From the human T2T-CHM13v2.0 reference genome, Homo sapiens: 64,000 bases of DNA. The notes beneath the pieces were generated by a model. The model was not told where the DNA came from, did no database searches, and saw only the letters and a list, made by a program, of their open reading frames with translations. Made by a program: the position numbers and the translations under genes. The stretch lies in assembly GCF_009914755.1 (NCBI RefSeq), contig NC_060931.1, one strand, 5' to 3'. Below, piece by piece: positions 26,982-41,454 of this stretch (position 1 is its first letter; each line of letters opens with the position of its first letter).

Positions 26982-27368
26982 CTCCCTTACATGTGGAAAT
27001 TGTTACAGTAAGACTGACCAGTGTTGACAATTCTGGTGAAAATTGACCTTTACTCAGTTGATTTATGACATCTCAGCAAGGCTTTGTCATCGTTAACAGC
27101 AAAATATTCAGATAGATCCTCTAAAATAGGGCCCATACGTGTTATTTTATTGAAATCCAATAACTGATTTTTCACATAATAATTTCATGCAGAGAAAGAG
27201 AAGAAAACAAGAAAAAATTATAGCTTCCTTTTCTTGAGTCTCAGTTTTATATGAAAAATATTTACTTTGGAAAATTTACTTTGAATATTCACTTACATAA
27301 CCAATAGTAAGCCCCTGTTAGGTTCGAAAAACAAAATAAACAGTAAAAATCATTTCATAGTCAATATG

Positions 27369-27462
27369 TAAAGTGACTAACTGTCCTGGCTTTCCCAAGA
27401 CTGTTATGGTTTTGAAACTGTAAGTCTCACATCTTGGAAGTCCCCATAGTCCAAAGCAAACA
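27369..27462. mobile_element. MER94-like hAT MITE
   Basis: GTGACTAACTGTCCTGGCTTTCCCAAGACTGT...ACTGTAAGTC. Confidence 0.6.
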
Positions 27463-27614
27463 TTCCATATAACTATTTGCACACCTACTTATAATAAAAT
27501 ATTATTGCAGTAAAAAATTAACTTCAAATAATCTGCTTTACAGCATTAAGTAGTTTTCAATTATCCAGAACTAGCAACTTGCTGGCTAATGTGGCTTCTG
27601 AAATGTTCTGCTTA

Positions 27615-28010
27615 ATGTAACATCTATTGCTACATCACAAATTGCCCCAACACTTGCCATCTCAAAACAACACAGTTTCTAAGGGACAGGAATCTGGGCA
27701 TGACTTAAGGTTGTTTGACTGAAGGTCTCAGTTCCTTCCTTGCAAATGGTTGAAGGTTGCGCTCAGTTCCTTGTCAAACGGGTCTCTCCAACATGGCAGT
27801 TTGCTTTATCAAAATTGGCAAGAGAGTGAGTTTATTAATAAGACAGAAGTCACAATCTTATGTAACATAATCATAAAAGGAATTTGCTATATTTTATTCA
27901 TTAAAAATAACTCTCTGGGTTCAATTCTCACTCAAGGAAGGAAATACACAAAAGTATAAATAGCAGGAGGTGATAACCAAAGGAGGCCATCTTCAAGTCT
28001 GCCTGCCATG
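27615..28010 (-). mobile_element. MLT1 LTR
   Basis: CACAGTTTCTAAGGGACAGGAATCTGGGCATGACTTA...GGCCATCTTCAAGTCTGCCTGCCA. Confidence 0.7.
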
Positions 28011-28129
28011 TCTGGCACTCAGAGACTTTAAGACAAATTAGTTGTTTAGATATAGATATAAATATAGGTATAGATAAATATAGAATATTACCAGCATGCT
28101 CCCTTTCAGTCATAATTTTGCTTCCAAAG

Positions 28130-28360
28130 GTTAATCAGACATTTCTGAATTCTCTTACTTTACACCTCTGTTTCAATTCTGTTACCTTCACCTCTTTTTG
28201 GTCTTCATATGAATGGAATCATAGAGTAAGTACTCTTTTGTTTCTAGCTTCTTTTATTCAACATTTTGTCTTTGAGATTCATATATACTGCTTATGATTT
28301 TGATTACTATAGAGTATGTACTGTATTAATATATCATGACTTATTAGTATATCCTACTAT
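28130..28360 (-). mobile_element. Old L1M 3' fragment
   Basis: CATATGAATGGAATCATAGAGTA...TTCAACATT...TTTGAGATTCAT. Confidence 0.6.
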
Positions 28361-31300
28361 GTCTTAATCAAAGAATAAATGTCATAATGAATCATCTTGC
28401 ATTACAAGGTTTTATATCTCAATTTCCTTTGTTAAACCTTCTCCCTACTTCAGTCCTTTTTCACTTTCAGTTCTTCCATATGCTTCTGCCATTCTAGTCT
28501 TGACTCAAAGGGAGAGATTTATACAAACTCATTTCCACAAGGTGTTCCTGATTTAATATTAGAAGATATTTAATATCCTCTAATACCACCTTTAGGGATT
28601 TTGCCATCTAAAATTACAAAGGAATATCTCTAAAATACAGATCTCTGTATTTTAAGAAAAGGCACCTCCTAGGTGAGAGAGCAATTTGGTGATGAGGTGG
28701 GGGTGCTAGCTGATAAAACACATTGAAAACAACATACTCACTTCATTTAATAGAAATATAGGTTAGACTTTCAAAACTTTTATCATTTAGAGTTGCAAAA
28801 TAATATGTATTATAGAATACAAAATGGAACTTTGAATTGAGATGATAATGTGATATCAGATCTTTAACCAAACACTCCAAGGTAAGGTGCTCATTCTCTC
28901 AGTACACCATTGAAATGATATTGAAATAAAACAGCAGAGATGCACACATGCACTCTTGGAAACAAGATGCTGAATGTGAACCATAGAGACAGCTAAAGAG
29001 GAAACACAAATGAACTACAGATTCAAGAGAGTAATTTGAAACTTTTTTTGAAAATTTTAAGCCCTTTATTAAATTCCTTCAAAGCTTGTTAGTATGTTAA
29101 AAGTATCACAGGTACTTCAAAATTATTTCTCCAAAAAATGCTGAACGTGTGTTCTAAGTTCTCCCACTTAGAATCCATAATTCTGAATAAGCCTGTTGTA
29201 ACCAAATTTAGCATTTCTCATTCATGCTTGGGGAGCCATATCCACTTTTATCTTAAAACATCTATGTATATGTGCACGGATTTTCTAAAAAACAAACTGA
29301 ATATTCAGTTATAGGTGTGGTAATTTTCCTTTTTATGCATTTGGAATTTCCCATGTGTTGAAATCCTTGCTTTACTTTTAGTTTTGGACAGCAGTCATAT
29401 CTTCCAAATAATCTCAATCAACACGATGTGCTGAGGAGGAGAGGAGGGCACTCCCCTAAAGTTATGTGCCACGAGGAAATTTCAACACTTTCACAATCTA
29501 GCTTATTTTAAATAAACAAAAAATGGAAGTGGTTCATGCATAATAAATCCCTGCTGGGCTGTACTGTGTTTTCATGACTAATTTCTTTTGCTAACCACAG
29601 CTTCTCAGCCTATGACCTTTAAACGGCAGGCATTCTTTACAAAAACATGGGCTCACTGTCAGGGCTGTGCCTTTTCTTACTCATGAACTCCCTAGTGACT
29701 TGTTAACTGTCCAAACATAGATGTCTTCAAACAACTTATGGAAAATGCACTTGTAGGACTTTTTTGGTGCCATGAAGGGAACCTTCCTATTATAAAGTCA
29801 AAAACTAAAATAATAATAAAGAATAAGTTGCTACTCGAAAGACTGATCTGACACATTTTATTTTTCTTCACAGAAACAATTCTGGTAGGGACATTGAAGC
29901 ATATTATCTAGTCGTCTCTTCATAACTGGGCAGAATGGCAAATCATCTCAGCTGAGATTTCTAGGTGACTTTCTGGAGGATAAGGGGGGAATTTGATGTA
30001 GGTGCTAGAATCTCCTACTCCTTCTACCACATACCTATTTTATGACTCCTTAGCAACCATTGACTCCAGGTCTTTTTGTCAGAGACACTTGTTTAACATT
30101 TTCTACTTGCTCCGTTTTCTGTTAGTTAGCTCTGCTATTTATTATGGATGTCTTTTAACTGCTTTTGACCTTGTAAGAAAAATCTCTCTGTTTCAGGTGT
30201 AATTTACTTACATAAATAATAGTGAAGTTCTCATCAAAACCAGGAATTATCATTGAACTTCTCTCACTGAGTAATTAGCTCAACAACAGAACTAACATTG
30301 TTCTCAAGTTTCATGTTAATCTCTTGAAAGTTGTAATTTGATTTTTCTCTTTCAAGAGTCTCTGTTATTCAAGCACAACATCTTCTTTGCCTTCTCAATG
30401 GCTGATAATATCCTTAGGAATCTAATGACTGTGCAAGTGTCTTACTTCACGTATTCACCCTTTCTCTTCAGCATTCATAGGTAATATATAGAAGCACCTT
30501 TTTCCAGCTTCAGTTTTCTTGGAGGTATTGCACAGTCATCCATCTTCGGAATTTGCCTCTGTAAGTACACTATTTTGTGTTATTTTTCCCTTCTCCATCC
30601 ATTGCTAACTGGAGCATAGTTGGATAAAGGTATCCAACCCTTTGGATTAATGAATGTGATTTGTTTGCTTCTCTTGGCAGTTTGGAATAAGGATAAAGGG
30701 GTAATAACTATATGGCTGCTTGTGCTGAAGCTAAAAGGAAGATCACATATTACTGATCTCATTCGTAGTTCTTTTCCCCCACTGTGCTGCTGTTGTTTGC
30801 ATGCCTCTTTTTCAGCATGTAAAAACATTTTCAACTTGCATTTTATTTTATTTATTTATCACTCCCTGCAGTAAAAAAACTCTTGAGGGTAGGTGCCATG
30901 GCTTATTCACTTTGAATTCTGATCTGTGTCTAGGACGGTGTCTAATAAATAGTATAGTATAGATTAAACAATTTTGCTGCTTTAGTCAGGTTGCATTTAT
31001 GGCCTCTTTTGCTGAGTTGTTTTATTCCTCCTGAGATGTATTACAGTGACCTCGTAACTTAATCCCATTACATTTATTTATGATCCTGATAACCAAGACC
31101 AATTTGAATTTTGAACATGTTTCCTGCCAGCTATTGCTCATAGCTCTGAGACCAAAATTTGTGTGGTGTCTAATTTATCATTGATGAAAACATCAAACAC
31201 CCCTTATGAAATATTATTATGTACGCCCTGAAGTTGGAGCATTGTTTCACTGATATTTACTTTTTGTTACGTCCCTTAGATAACTGTACACCAACCTTAT

Positions 31301-31654
31301 AGTTTTATAGTTTAAATTCTGTTTACTAGTTTAGGACTAGTATGCAATGTTGAGATAAGATAAAATGTTTTTTACAGTTCAAGTAAAGCAGAAGTAAAAA
31401 GGTATCATCTATCATCTGAGGCTACTGTTGGTTTATAGAAGACAAAAGTATAAACATACAGTATATATTGAAAACAAATAATTTACTTAAAAATCTTTTT
31501 TTTTTCTGTAGAGGTCCCCTTTAAGAATCTTTTCACAAAATGCTTAATGATATGACAGTTGTTTTATATGAAAATGCAGAAAGAAAACTCAACCAGTAAA
31601 TGTGTAAAGCTCTATGTTATTCCATAAGTTTATTTTTCAGATTATTTCAAGAGA

Positions 31655-32280
31655 GGAATTTATTCCAAAAAATATTTATTGATTATCTACTACAGGGCAA
31701 GTGTTATTATTCAACGTCCTAGAGATACAGCAGTTAAAAATCAGACAAAAGTCCCTGTCCTTACAGAATTTTACATCTTTGTAGGGGAAGAAGATAAATA
31801 TATAAATATGGCATTAATGGCTCTGGAAAATACTAATAATAACAGAGATGGGGTTATAGATTATTAGGGGAATGTGGCACAGCAATTTCAAATAGGGGGC
31901 TCATGGAGGCCGCACAGAGCAGCAAGGATCTGAAAAGGAGAGGGACACTATGTAACCATCTAGGGAAGAGCATTCTAAAATTAGGCAAAAGCAAATCAAA
32001 AGCCTCGAAGCTCTGAGCCTGGGGGTTTAGGATAGGCAATGAGGCCAGAGAAGCTGGAGTGGGTAGCTAACAGGAAGAGCACTTAAGGCTGAGAGGTAAT
32101 GGTGACTTTGACAAGGTTGTTAGCCATGCAGGTGGTGACATGGGCGTGGCACTATTATGGGTGTACTTTGAAGTTATACCTGACAGTGTTTGCTGACAAT
32201 TGGATGGAAGTTTTGAGAAAAAGAGAAGAATCCAGGAAGACAAAGGTTTGGGTAAAGAACCTGGATTATTTATCTGTGTA
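31655..32280 (-). mobile_element. L2 3' portion
   Basis: AAATATTTATTGATTATCTACTA...GAGATACAGCAG...AGACAAAAGTCCCTGTCCTT. Confidence 0.75.
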
Positions 32281-33728
32281 AATAATGAATAAAATGCAAT
32301 CAAGGTCTAGGTTTCTACATACTTTTATTATCTCATTAAAGTTTTGAAAATTCTGATTGGAAGTATCAAAAAATATTAATAAGATGAAATGACTTATCTG
32401 GCATTATGTAATTTTTCCTTTATTTCTCAAGGTATTTTAACATTAGAGTTTTTTTATTTGCCTTTTCTTTCCTGCTTTGAAATTCTGTTTCTAATACAGT
32501 AATTTTTCAAATTCTCAATTTTAAATTTCCATTGTTCTATATTATCCCTTCATACTTTTCCTAATTGATTCATATTTGTGTGACATACTTAGGGCAGAGT
32601 TTTCCAAATATGCAAGTTAAGGCTAAACCAGTATGATCATTATGGTGTGGTTGGCGTTGTACTCATTTTGAATATTTAATGCTTATTATTCACATCCACA
32701 TTTGGGGCAGATAATACTTTCTCTAAGGATTAGAAATTAAGTCAGGTTAATGCATCTAAGGCTCTGCAGCTATTAAGCTGTGAAATTGTGTAAAAATGAT
32801 TGGCAGAGAGATCTTTAATACAGGAAACCCATAAGTACCCTGTTAACTACTTAGGCAGACAAGTAGAGTGACCTAAGAGTGTCTTAGGTCACTTTTAGCA
32901 ATAGGGATATAAATCATGCATTCTCTTGGCAGTTTTTCATTTTTGTTATGACTTACAACTTCATTTAGTGAAAATAGTGCTAGACTTATAATCATTTCTA
33001 ACTGGCTTATTCCCAGTTTACAGTTTTATGGTTTTGCGATCTTGGACAAACGTTGTTTATTCTCTGTGTCTTATTTTATCATTATTATAAGGGAGAAAAT
33101 AAAAAATTTTTTTGTTTCACATTTTTGAAATGGGAATCAAATGTCATTTCTGTAAATGCCTTTGGAAAGTTAATTATTAAACTGTAAACGGTTATAATTT
33201 TATATCAAATTCTCCCTTGAGCCTTAAAAAATGAATTATATTAAGTTATATTAGCCTCTGATGTTTCCAGCTTCTAGCACAATTGTGGCAGGCAACTTTG
33301 GCCTGATCTCCAGGTGCAGCAGCTTTTTGCTAGCTACTTTACTTTTCAAGGGTTAAAGTCCCAGACGAACCTTCTTTCCCTTAGTGAGATTTTGCCCCCA
33401 GTATTCTCTGAGAAAAAGAATTCCCAGCCAGGAAATGACTGCTGAGCTCAGTTCATTTCCTTCAGGATTTTCCTACCTGTGGCTTCTGCTATCTCTGTTC
33501 TCTAGAGGAACCAGGTCTAGCCCAGATCATTTCATTTCAGAGTGAAGTAGCTTTCGTGGATTGCTTTATCCCTCCAGATTGCATTTTTCTAATTTTTAAA
33601 TGTAGTCATTAATACTAGCAATTCTAAAATTGTATCGACATAAATGTAATATACTGTGATTTGCTGTGAAGTAAAAAGGAAGTCATTTATTACTAATCAG
33701 AATCTACTATGTTTGGAAATAATTTAAT

Positions 33729-33788
33729 TTTTCTATTTGTTTTCGTGGGTGGAGGAAATTTTCTATTTGTTTTCGTGGGTGGAGGAAA
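33729..33788. repeat. Perfect 30-bp tandem duplication
   Basis: TTTTCTATTTGTTTTCGTGGGTGGAGGAAA occurs twice in tandem. Confidence 0.95.
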
Positions 33789-34149
33789 AGGTGGTTTGCA
33801 AATGTGATATACAAATTATTTTTATCTATAAGTGTGCCTTGTGATGGAAAATATTGAAAAACATTGGTTAGGACAAATGATTTCTAAATGGTACTTCTAG
33901 AAATTCTGATATAAAACTCAAGTTTTTAAAAAATCACCTTTTCTCTATAATGTTTAATTCTGGGGTCACTTCATGACAGCCAGGTGTAAGTTAGGCCTGA
34001 AAATTGACTGTGATGAAATGAGGAATCGGAGAACTGGAGAAATAGCACCAACCTCCTTCCATGCAGGCTGGGTGCATGCTGGGTGATTAGACATGAAAGC
34101 AGAGAATGAGAAGAGAATTGGGATCTGCAGGACTCACTTTTTGTTTGTT

Positions 34150-34830
34150 TGTTTCCCTTAATATCTAAATCCCTAGAAAGTATTCTCTATACTCGTTGTC
34201 TCCAGTTACTTACTCCTCTACCATTGTCTGTTAAACCTATTCTAATTTGACTTTCACCTCCCCAGCATTTTACTTGAGCTGTTCTTATTGAAGAGACTAA
34301 TGATTTCTATGCTTATAAGTCCAGTGGTCAATTCTCTGTCGTCTTCATAGTTGACCTGTAAACAGCATTTGATAAAGTGTTTGAAAATCTTTCTTCATTT
34401 GGCTTTTGGCACACAACACTAACCTGATTTCTGTCTACTCCTCTCTTCTCCTCAGACCTCCACTTTTCTACTGTTTTTCCCAATCTCCAAAGGTTGACAT
34501 AATCTTTTCTGTTTTAGTTCACTCATTAGCTCCATCTCATCTAGTCTCATGGTTTTAAATATTATCCGTAGGCTTATCAATCTGAAATATATGCTGCTTA
34601 GTCGCTCTCATGCATCCTGGATTCATATATCAAACTGCTGACTTTAAATGTCTGATAGATATCTCAAACTTACCATACCCTCAAAGAAAAATAAACCTCT
34701 AGTCATTCCTTCAAACTTGCACCTCCTGAATTTCTTCTTCATCTCAATAACAACTCTATTCTTCTGTTGATTGCTTAAACCAAAAACATTGGTATCATTC
34801 TCGCTCTCTTTCTGGCATCAGACTTCACGT
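34150..34830 (+). mobile_element. L2 fragment
   Basis: TCCAGTGGTCAATTCTCTGTC...CAGCATTTGA...TCTCATGGTTTTAAATA...ATCTCAAACTTA. Confidence 0.75.
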
Positions 34831-35309
34831 CTGAAAAGAGAGAAGACACTGAATGGCATTTTCACACCACTGCAAACCAACACCCATAGTCCAGGGAAGT
34901 TATTTCTCCCCTGTAAAAAGGACACATTTAAGGAAATAAAAAATTAATATATGTTGCACATATTCTATTAGAAAACAATTTTAATCACTTTAAAAAACTA
35001 GAGGAGTAGATGGGGGAAGAGATTAAGAAGATAGAAAATCTCAACTGCGAATCTTTCTGTCTCTCTCTCTGTCTACCTATCTACACACAAATATACCTAA
35101 ATTAAGATTTAAAGACTTAAGAAATGCCTATCCATCTGAGAAATAGCAGGAATTGCCTCAGAAACAATTTGTGAACTAATGCCAAAAGAATCAGACTTTT
35201 GCTGCACACTCTTCAACTCCTTAATTTACATTTTACAGACACCACTTTTTAGATACATATTGTATGTATCATTTTTAAACTTCCAAAAGTTAACTCAGAT
35301 TTTGATATT

Positions 35310-35512
35310 AGTTGATATGTTCTAAACTCTATAAGTATTACCTCATTCAGTCATGATAATAAATTCACGACGTTGAAACTGTAGCTATTCCAATTTTACA
35401 AATAAGAAAACCAAGGCACAGAGAGGTTAACTTGCTTCAGTCACATAGAGAGTAAGTGAAGGAGCTAAGACATTAGCAGAAGCACACTAGCTTTACACTA
35501 CACCCTTAACCT
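35310..35512 (-). mobile_element. MIR
   Basis: ATTTTACAAATAAGAAAACCAAGGCACAGAGAGGTTAA. Confidence 0.75.
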
Positions 35513-36613
35513 TTGATAAGCCATGGCTTTCTAAATATACAAACCTAATAGTTAGTGGATGCTCCAAAAGTATGTGGTGCATGTTAAATACACATGCATT
35601 TATCAAATTTCTAATAAATATTAGTTCTCATCTTTACCATTTATTTATTCAATTAATAAAAGTCCTGTGCGAGTAGGCACTGACTCAGATAGCTCAGGCG
35701 CTAAATTCTTTAGGGCCTAGATAAAGGTCTGGCAAAAATTGATGCTCAATGAATATTTGTTGAATAAATAAAAACACAGTGTGCTGAACCTATAAAAGTT
35801 AAAAAATACATATTTTATGCTTAGAGCTCAAATCTTTGGTTGATTATGTGACTGAGTGACCAATATACGTAAGACTGCTATTAAATTGATCATTAATGAC
35901 ATGACTAGAGCAAGTGCCATTACACCATCTCTGGCCTCAAAATCAGCCCACTGGTATATCAGACACAACCTTATCTAAGAATTGTAATTTGTAGGCATTT
36001 ATTAAAGCCATTAACAAATTAGAGTTAACATTCTCCAAATAAAGAGGAGAAAAGGCAAGAGAGAGAATGAATCAATGATATCCTCAATGTTTCTGAGTCT
36101 GTTAAGGAGAAAGAAAGAATAGGAATACATACTTAGCGTAAAAACCTTGGAGTCCTATTAAATAGCAATTATTGTGCCCTCCTGGAAAAGAAAAAAAAAA
36201 TCTAGGGTAATTAAAATGTTGGAAAGGAAGTGGTGCTGGCTCTTATTTCAATTCTACTTCACCAATTGTCTTTTCACTGTCATCATAAAATTATATACAG
36301 CAAAACCAAATACTCTCAACTTCTACCTGTTCATCGATACCAGTTGTTATGCACAGCCTAAAATAGCATCTCAAGAATATGTATGTCTTTTTTCATTCTC
36401 AAAGCTACATAGAATTTGTGAATTGATCTTTTAGTTTTGTGCACTTTAAAACTATTTTCTGCTGAAATAAGTCTACTAGAATGCACCGATGCATATTTTA
36501 CACAGCCTATTTCTTTACATCATAGTCACCATAACTTTTACTACAAATGTCTTGTGTACCAAGAATGTATGGGCTTCACAGACATGCCCTTGCTATGGAT
36601 ATCCACAAAAAAA

Positions 36614-36683
36614 ATCATAAAAGTCTAAATATTTGATATGCTTGAAAATCATCATGAAAGTCTAAATATTTGATATGCTTGAA
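36614..36683. repeat. Tandem duplication with 37-bp period
   Basis: ATCAT(A/G)AAAGTCTAAATATTTGATATGCTTGAA at 36614-36646 and 36651-36683. Confidence 0.9.
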
Positions 36684-36899
36684 GCTCATTATATAAAAAA
36701 TTTTTTGTGTGTATTTTCCTCAATTATAGTCTTTCTTAAAGTTCTGAGCCTTTTGTGTAACCTAATAAATGAAATATCCATCTGGCCCCAGGATAAATAT
36801 GTTCTGCATGCTATAGTAAAGTGCCAGATCAAAATTCAGGGCTTAGAAACACATGTTCTAGAATTGAATCCTTGAATCCTAGACCACTTAGTGAAATCA

Positions 36900-37941
36900 A
36901 GCATGTGATACCTGGATCAGAGCATGTAGAAGTAAAGTTCCTGAAAACATTTTTGGGTAAACTACGTATCCCCCTTCACCTAAAGGGATATTTGCCAGCT
37001 TTGTAATGTGAGGCCTTGTAGGAGGTGGTGCTTTAACTGCACCACTTAAAAATCTAGCATGTGACCAATATAACTTGGGGAATATCTGACCCAGGAAATC
37101 TTGAGGATTAAGAAAGCAGACCAATGCTATGGTTTCAGGGCCAGGACAGTTGCCACAGGATTGGAATCAGACAGTACTCTGAGTTTGTTACAGCAAAGGA
37201 TGTGTGACTGCTTCCTATGAAACAAGTGGGTCACGTGCTAGAGGGTGCTGGTGGCAATGTAGTATCTTCTTTGGTCCTTGGCCAATGGGGTCACATATAA
37301 GGACAAAGAAATCCAAGCAGCAAGAAGCTGGAGGTATACAAGAGCTTCCTAGGGGCTTCCTAAGGATTTAGAAGCCATCATTTGAAATAGAGACTTATCT
37401 ATCTGCCTCAATGGAAGTACGGGTGGCGGAACCCCAAGAGAATCTCTGAAAAATGTTTGAAGTGTCCCACTATAAAAACAGATGATTTTAAATCTTTGCC
37501 AGGTCCAGCACCAGCTTAAAATAGAACCCATCAGTCACTAGTTGAAGTAAAATCTTTCTTATTCCCTTGATTCTCCTCTCTCCCATGCTTACGCAGAGTA
37601 GGAAAAGAGAAAAGCCATGCATTTCTTAAACCAAATGTCAGAGAATATCAACTGCTGGCAAGATGTAAAAGTCTTTCTTTATAATGGAAATTAAATATTA
37701 AATATAGTCTTGGACTGGATATTTTAAATTTCTGATTTGACAGTCTCTGTTTTCACTAAAAGCAATAATAGAACTCTCAATTACCAATAAGCAAACAAAA
37801 AAGTCATGAGATCTGCCCAAATTTTACCCATTGGCACAGGAAGATACTTGTCAATGAAATAAATTTTGAAAAGAAAAGGGGAGATAAAACTAAAGTTAGC
37901 ATTTTGATTGCAATTTATAGCTTATGCATCATGCTTCTACA
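36900..37941 (+). mobile_element. Possible ancient LTR (LTR78-like)
   Basis: The right end GGGGAGATAAAACTAAAGTT...TTTGATT...TACA resembles an old LTR terminus. Weak match from memory only. Confidence 0.3.
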
Positions 37942-37970
37942 AGATTTATGCCCAAGTATATGCTTCCTGA

Positions 37971-38050
37971 ATATATAAATATGTATATACATATATAGCT
38001 ATACATTTGTGTGTGTGTGTATATATACACACACACATATATATATATAT
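37971..38050. repeat. TA/TG/CA microsatellite
   Basis: Read directly from the sequence. Confidence 0.9.
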
Positions 38051-39894
38051 GCTTCCTGACAGTGGCATTTGTAAGAATCTGAGAATATAATCTAGAATAA
38101 CATAAAGCCAGCAGCTAAAACCTAAAAGATGACAACTTAACTTCAGACATTACCTATGATTTTTATACTTGTTTCTTTTAAAAATCTTACACAATTCTAG
38201 TTAAATGATGAAGACCAATCTGAGCTCCTGTTGTGTTTTATTTGTATTTACCTAAAATTTTAAATTAGACTATGGTTTTTGTTTGCTTTTTGTATCTAGA
38301 GAATTAAGTACTCTAAGGAAGACTGCAACTATATTACTCTATTCGGTAGTTGGTAAATAATAGTTGCACACAAAATTGGAAGAACTGTAAATTCTGGAAT
38401 TAGCCATAATGATCTGATGCTTTTTAAAAATTGAATTTGTTGTTAGTATCTATTTTAACATATTTTAAAAATATTTTATCTGTTGTATGTTCATGTGTTG
38501 TAATGCCATTAAAATGAGCATGTAGCTAGCAAATCTTCTGTAAATGTTCTTACAATCTTGTGGAAGAACATTTTTAAACTTAAACAAATATGAATATAAG
38601 CTGAAATTTCGCAACTTAATTGGTCTTTGACTTAGGACTTCACTGAATTCATTAGTAAAATGACAGGAAAAATAACTACAACCCTTTTGAATTGCAGAAT
38701 CACAGATTGTAGCATAATGGACAAGCCTCCTTTGTTAATAAATGCATAATAGAAATGTATTTTAAATTTCCTTACATTTATACTTCCTATTTCTATATCT
38801 CTTTTCTCTTAGGTAAGAAGCAAAGTAGCAGGAAGTGACTATCTTAAAACAAGTAGATTATAAACTGGCATTCCTCCCTGTGTTATGCAGACTTTTTTGC
38901 AGGCTTTCCTTGGCTTATTCTTACTCAGCTATATTTTTAAGAAATGCATGTGGTCATAACCAAGCCTTTAGTTCTCTTTGCTCTTCCTTGATTGTTAACA
39001 TTATTTTGAACAACTGTCCTGCTTTTTCCCATTGTAGCCATATCATATGAAGCAACACATTTATCAAATAATTTTAAGTTTACTTCACCACTATCCAAAG
39101 GCAGTGAATAAAGTTGTTTGCTTGTTTTTTCTCACTGACGAACCAAAATCAGGTATTCTGACATTTCTACTGCATGGTTGCCTGCAGAGATAATGAAATC
39201 CTCTTTCATTCACTGCAGATTCCCCTGGGGCTGAGTTTCATCTGCTTCCCATTATTGTTTATCCCTGCCACGTGGAGAGTTTACATCACATCCACTTTCA
39301 AAGGGGCAGAAATGATACTTTGCAGTTACAAAGGAGAAAGCATTTGGATCAACAATCTCCAGTAAATAAGTGATTTCCTGGCATTTAACCCTGAGTCATC
39401 TTAATTCATCCATTTTAAATTTTCTATGCACATTGAAGGTAGAGAGACAAAACTGAATTCGATTTCCTTAGAATTGTATCTTCTGGGTGAATCAATAAAG
39501 TCATCAATGCTTCTATATTCACTGATTTAACAAATCTTGTTTGCTCAGTTAATCCTATGCACTGTGCATAATAGGCCCTATACAAAATTCACCCTCTAAG
39601 TTTTATAATATTTCATTAATAATTATGCATATCATACATTATCACAATGGGAGAAATGCTTTCAAATTCAATAACTTATTGTTGGCAGATTTATTTGATT
39701 AGTGTGAAAAATTAGCCTGGAACTTTAGGCTTAGAGTATTGAAGGCAATTCCTTGTGTTTGGTGAGAAGAATCAGAGTGTTAGACTAATGATATACGATG
39801 ACTTTGCCCAATTAAATATAACACACATCTTAATAATTATTTTACTTATTTATTCATGTATTTACAGATATTTTTCAAAATCTTCTAAAATCGC

Positions 39895-40120
39895 TTAAAA
39901 GGCATTATTACATAATGGTTAACAAATCAAAATTATATAGACCTGGAATCAAAACCTCATTCAACTATTTAAATTATTTAATCTGGTTCTATGCTTCTCA
40001 TCTGTGAAATGGAATATTACTACTTACTTCATACTTTATGGGGAATTTTAATTGCATTTAGAGCATTAGCACTTTTAAGACTGGCTCAAATAAGTGTTTA
40101 GTAAATAAGTGCTATAATAA
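39895..40120 (+). mobile_element. MIR
   Basis: CTTCTCATCTGTGAAATGGAATA...TACTTCATA...GTAAATAAGTGCTAT. Confidence 0.65.
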
Positions 40121-40128
40121 TATAATGT

Positions 40129-41454
<1,326 letters not shown>

